DNA of 34,795 nt from Octopus bimaculoides (Eukaryota). The notes beneath the pieces were generated by a model. The model worked only from the letters and a program-made list of their open reading frames with translations. It was not told the DNA's origin and searched no databases. Positions within the stretch are counted from its first letter, which is position 1; every line of letters begins with the position of its first letter. Location: positions 25,920,402 to 25,955,196 of the forward strand of contig NC_068995.1 of assembly GCF_001194135.2 (NCBI RefSeq), in the 5' to 3' direction. The position numbers and the translations under genes are program-made. Of this stretch, positions 32,626 to 34,795 are shown one piece after another.

Positions 32626-33058
32626 TACTCTTTTACTCTTTTACTCTTTTACTCTTTTACTTGCTTCAGTCATTTGACTGTGGCGATGCTGGAGCACCGC
32701 CTTTTTAGTCGAGCAAATCGACCCGAGGACTTATTCTTTGTAAGCCTAGTACTTATTCTATCGGTCTCTTTTTGCCGAACCGCTAAGTTACGGGGACGTA
32801 AACACACACCAGCATCGGTTGTCAAGCGATGTTGGGGGGACAAACACAGACACACAAACATATACACACACATACATATATATATACATATATACGACGG
32901 GTTTCTTTCAGTTTCCGCCTACCAAATCCACTCACAAGCCTTTGGTCAGCCCGAGGCTATAGTAGAAGACACTTGCCCAAGGTGCCACGCAGTGGGACTG
33001 AACCCGGAACCATGTGGTTGGTAAGCAAGCTACTTACCACACAGCCACTCCTACGCCT
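32626..33058 (-). mobile_element. Full-length tRNA-derived SINE family A
   Basis: Head AGGCGTAGGAGTGGCTGTGTGGTAAGTAGC with B box GGTTCAGTCC, internal (TA/TG)n, 3' tail (AAAAGAGT)n. Confidence 0.9.
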
Positions 33059-34176
33059 TTAATTATAAATATTAATGTTGAAATTGTGTGGATTTATTGC
33101 TCAGGTGCATTACAATTTGAGCGTGACATTTAGCTTTAGCAAACAAAATTAACACCTGCAAGTTTTACTGGTTGTATAGCAAAAAAATGTTTTTTCTAAA
33201 TATCTAGTTTGAAACATTGAACATCTCTCTTACTCGAATTTTCTCCTTTCCTGCCTGGAGATAAAAGCTGTTTTTACAAAACATCTAAAGAAAATATTGA
33301 TATCTAAAAAATGCCATATGGCCACCTTTTTTTATGGTAGCTGACTGCTCCTTTAGTTTATCGGAAGGATGAATAGCGAGGTTAACGCCAAGTAAAGATT
33401 AAAACATTGCTATGAGAATTTGTAGCGTTTATGTATTTACCTACATCCCTAGCCATTTGAGTAAACATCTTTTTAACCTTGGCACAAAAGCAACCAATTT
33501 TGCGTGGAGTTTAACTGATGCAATTTAAACCGAGAAATAATGAAAGCAATGTAGAGTTCGATTAGATATGAACTCAGAATGTAAGGGCACTTAAGGAATA
33601 GCACAAGAACAGTTTTTCGACCCCTCTAACGCTATAGTAAAAGGAATAATGATAATGATTTCTAGGCACAATGTTAAACATTTTAAACGAGAGATGCCAT
33701 CAATTAAATCGACTCTAATACTTGACTGCTATTTATTTTATGGATTTTGTTTAAACCCATATGAGAGTGAAAGAGTGCAAGTTAACATCGCGGAAGTTTA
33801 GTCATCAACCCAGTTTTCATGTTTTTGCCAAGTTTAACATTAGGAAAGACAATTCCCACAGTAACTTTTTTTTTTTTAATGAGATTGTAAATATTTTGAG
33901 GACAGCTTTACATAAATATAACCTACAAGAAATATTTCTGCATATTCTGCTTTCTCTATTCACCTTGAAAGAGATCAAGGCTAAGTAGAATGTGTAAACA
34001 TCTGGCACTCATTTCTTCCTTAGCAAATTCTCAAGTATCTATAAAATGAGGATCCCGTAATCTACGAAACTCACAGTCCTTAAGTTAATTTTGTAACGTT
34101 CCGCCGTTTAAAACTAATAAACATACGCATGTATGCATCTGCATGTATATATGTGTGTGCATGAGTGTGAGTGTAA

Positions 34177-34222
<46 letters not shown>

Positions 34223-34740
34223 ACACACACAAGAAATATATATATTATTAAAAATAATATTACTATCCAGCAAGAATAAAGCACCATAAAAGGCAGAGTT
34301 ATAAATATACATCCGCTTTGTATATTTATAATTCTACCGTTTAGGGTACTTTATTCTTGCTGGATAGTAATATTATTTTTAATTATATTTATATTTCTTG
34401 CATATCTTTTCACTGATCTTGGTTCTTATTTTCACTGGAATTTTCAGTCGAGTAAACAGACAGAGATGTAGTAGATATTTTAAAATTTGGTCGTCAATGG
34501 TAGATTCAACTGAAGATAACCAATTGGATTCGCACTCACGCACGTGGTCCAAAAAGTTTAAAACTGCAGTATTGAATTACCCTTCATTCCTCTAACGGTC
34601 TCCGTAGAGGTAAGACAGAATTTCTCTATATTCACCGCCCGCAAACATCTCTGCTTGTAAACATTCAGTGAAGCTCTACATAGTGCCGATAGCTTACCGA
34701 CTGCTATTTCTATCAATGATCGTACTTTGTGCACATCCGT

Positions 34741-34785
<45 letters not shown>

Positions 34786-34795
34786 CTCCTTCTAC

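Noticed and set aside
34448-34609. Possible exon (tttcAG...GAG/GTAAGA), and ORF 34398..34595 with a hydrophobic start
   Set aside because: All three frames contain a stop, the ORF starts at TTG, and there is no recognisable domain. At most a non-coding exon.

Overview
This is a repeat-rich eukaryotic window, most likely Octopus (inferred from the tRNA-derived SINE families, Penelope and Dong content and dense microsatellites; not confirmed by a database search), with four assembly gaps. The + strand carries one multi-exon gene, incomplete at the 5' end. It has seven single-exon, 6-Cys-core (group A) SRCR domains, all bounded by phase-1 introns, and a terminal exon encoding an S/T-rich stalk, a transmembrane helix and a ~130-aa cytoplasmic tail: a type I membrane multi-SRCR scavenger receptor of about 1,040 aa in the visible part. 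The SRCR2 exon is absent from the ORF track. Introns and flanks hold Tc1 fragments, a Tc1/mariner MITE, CR1-like and I/Jockey-like LINE relics, three Penelope-like pieces, two Dong/R4 RLE-LINE 3' ends, a repeated (AAT)n-associated non-coding element and several SINE families. Most notable: (1) several type I hammerhead-ribozyme motifs, including an opposite-polarity pair flanking a palindromic 23-bp minisatellite in intron 3; (2) an ABC-A'B'C'-D cassette architecture in the SRCR array; (3) a near-perfect 66-nt intronic hairpin and a 198-bp Penelope fold-back; (4) LDL-receptor-like endocytosis motifs in the tail. All alignments and folds were done by eye.
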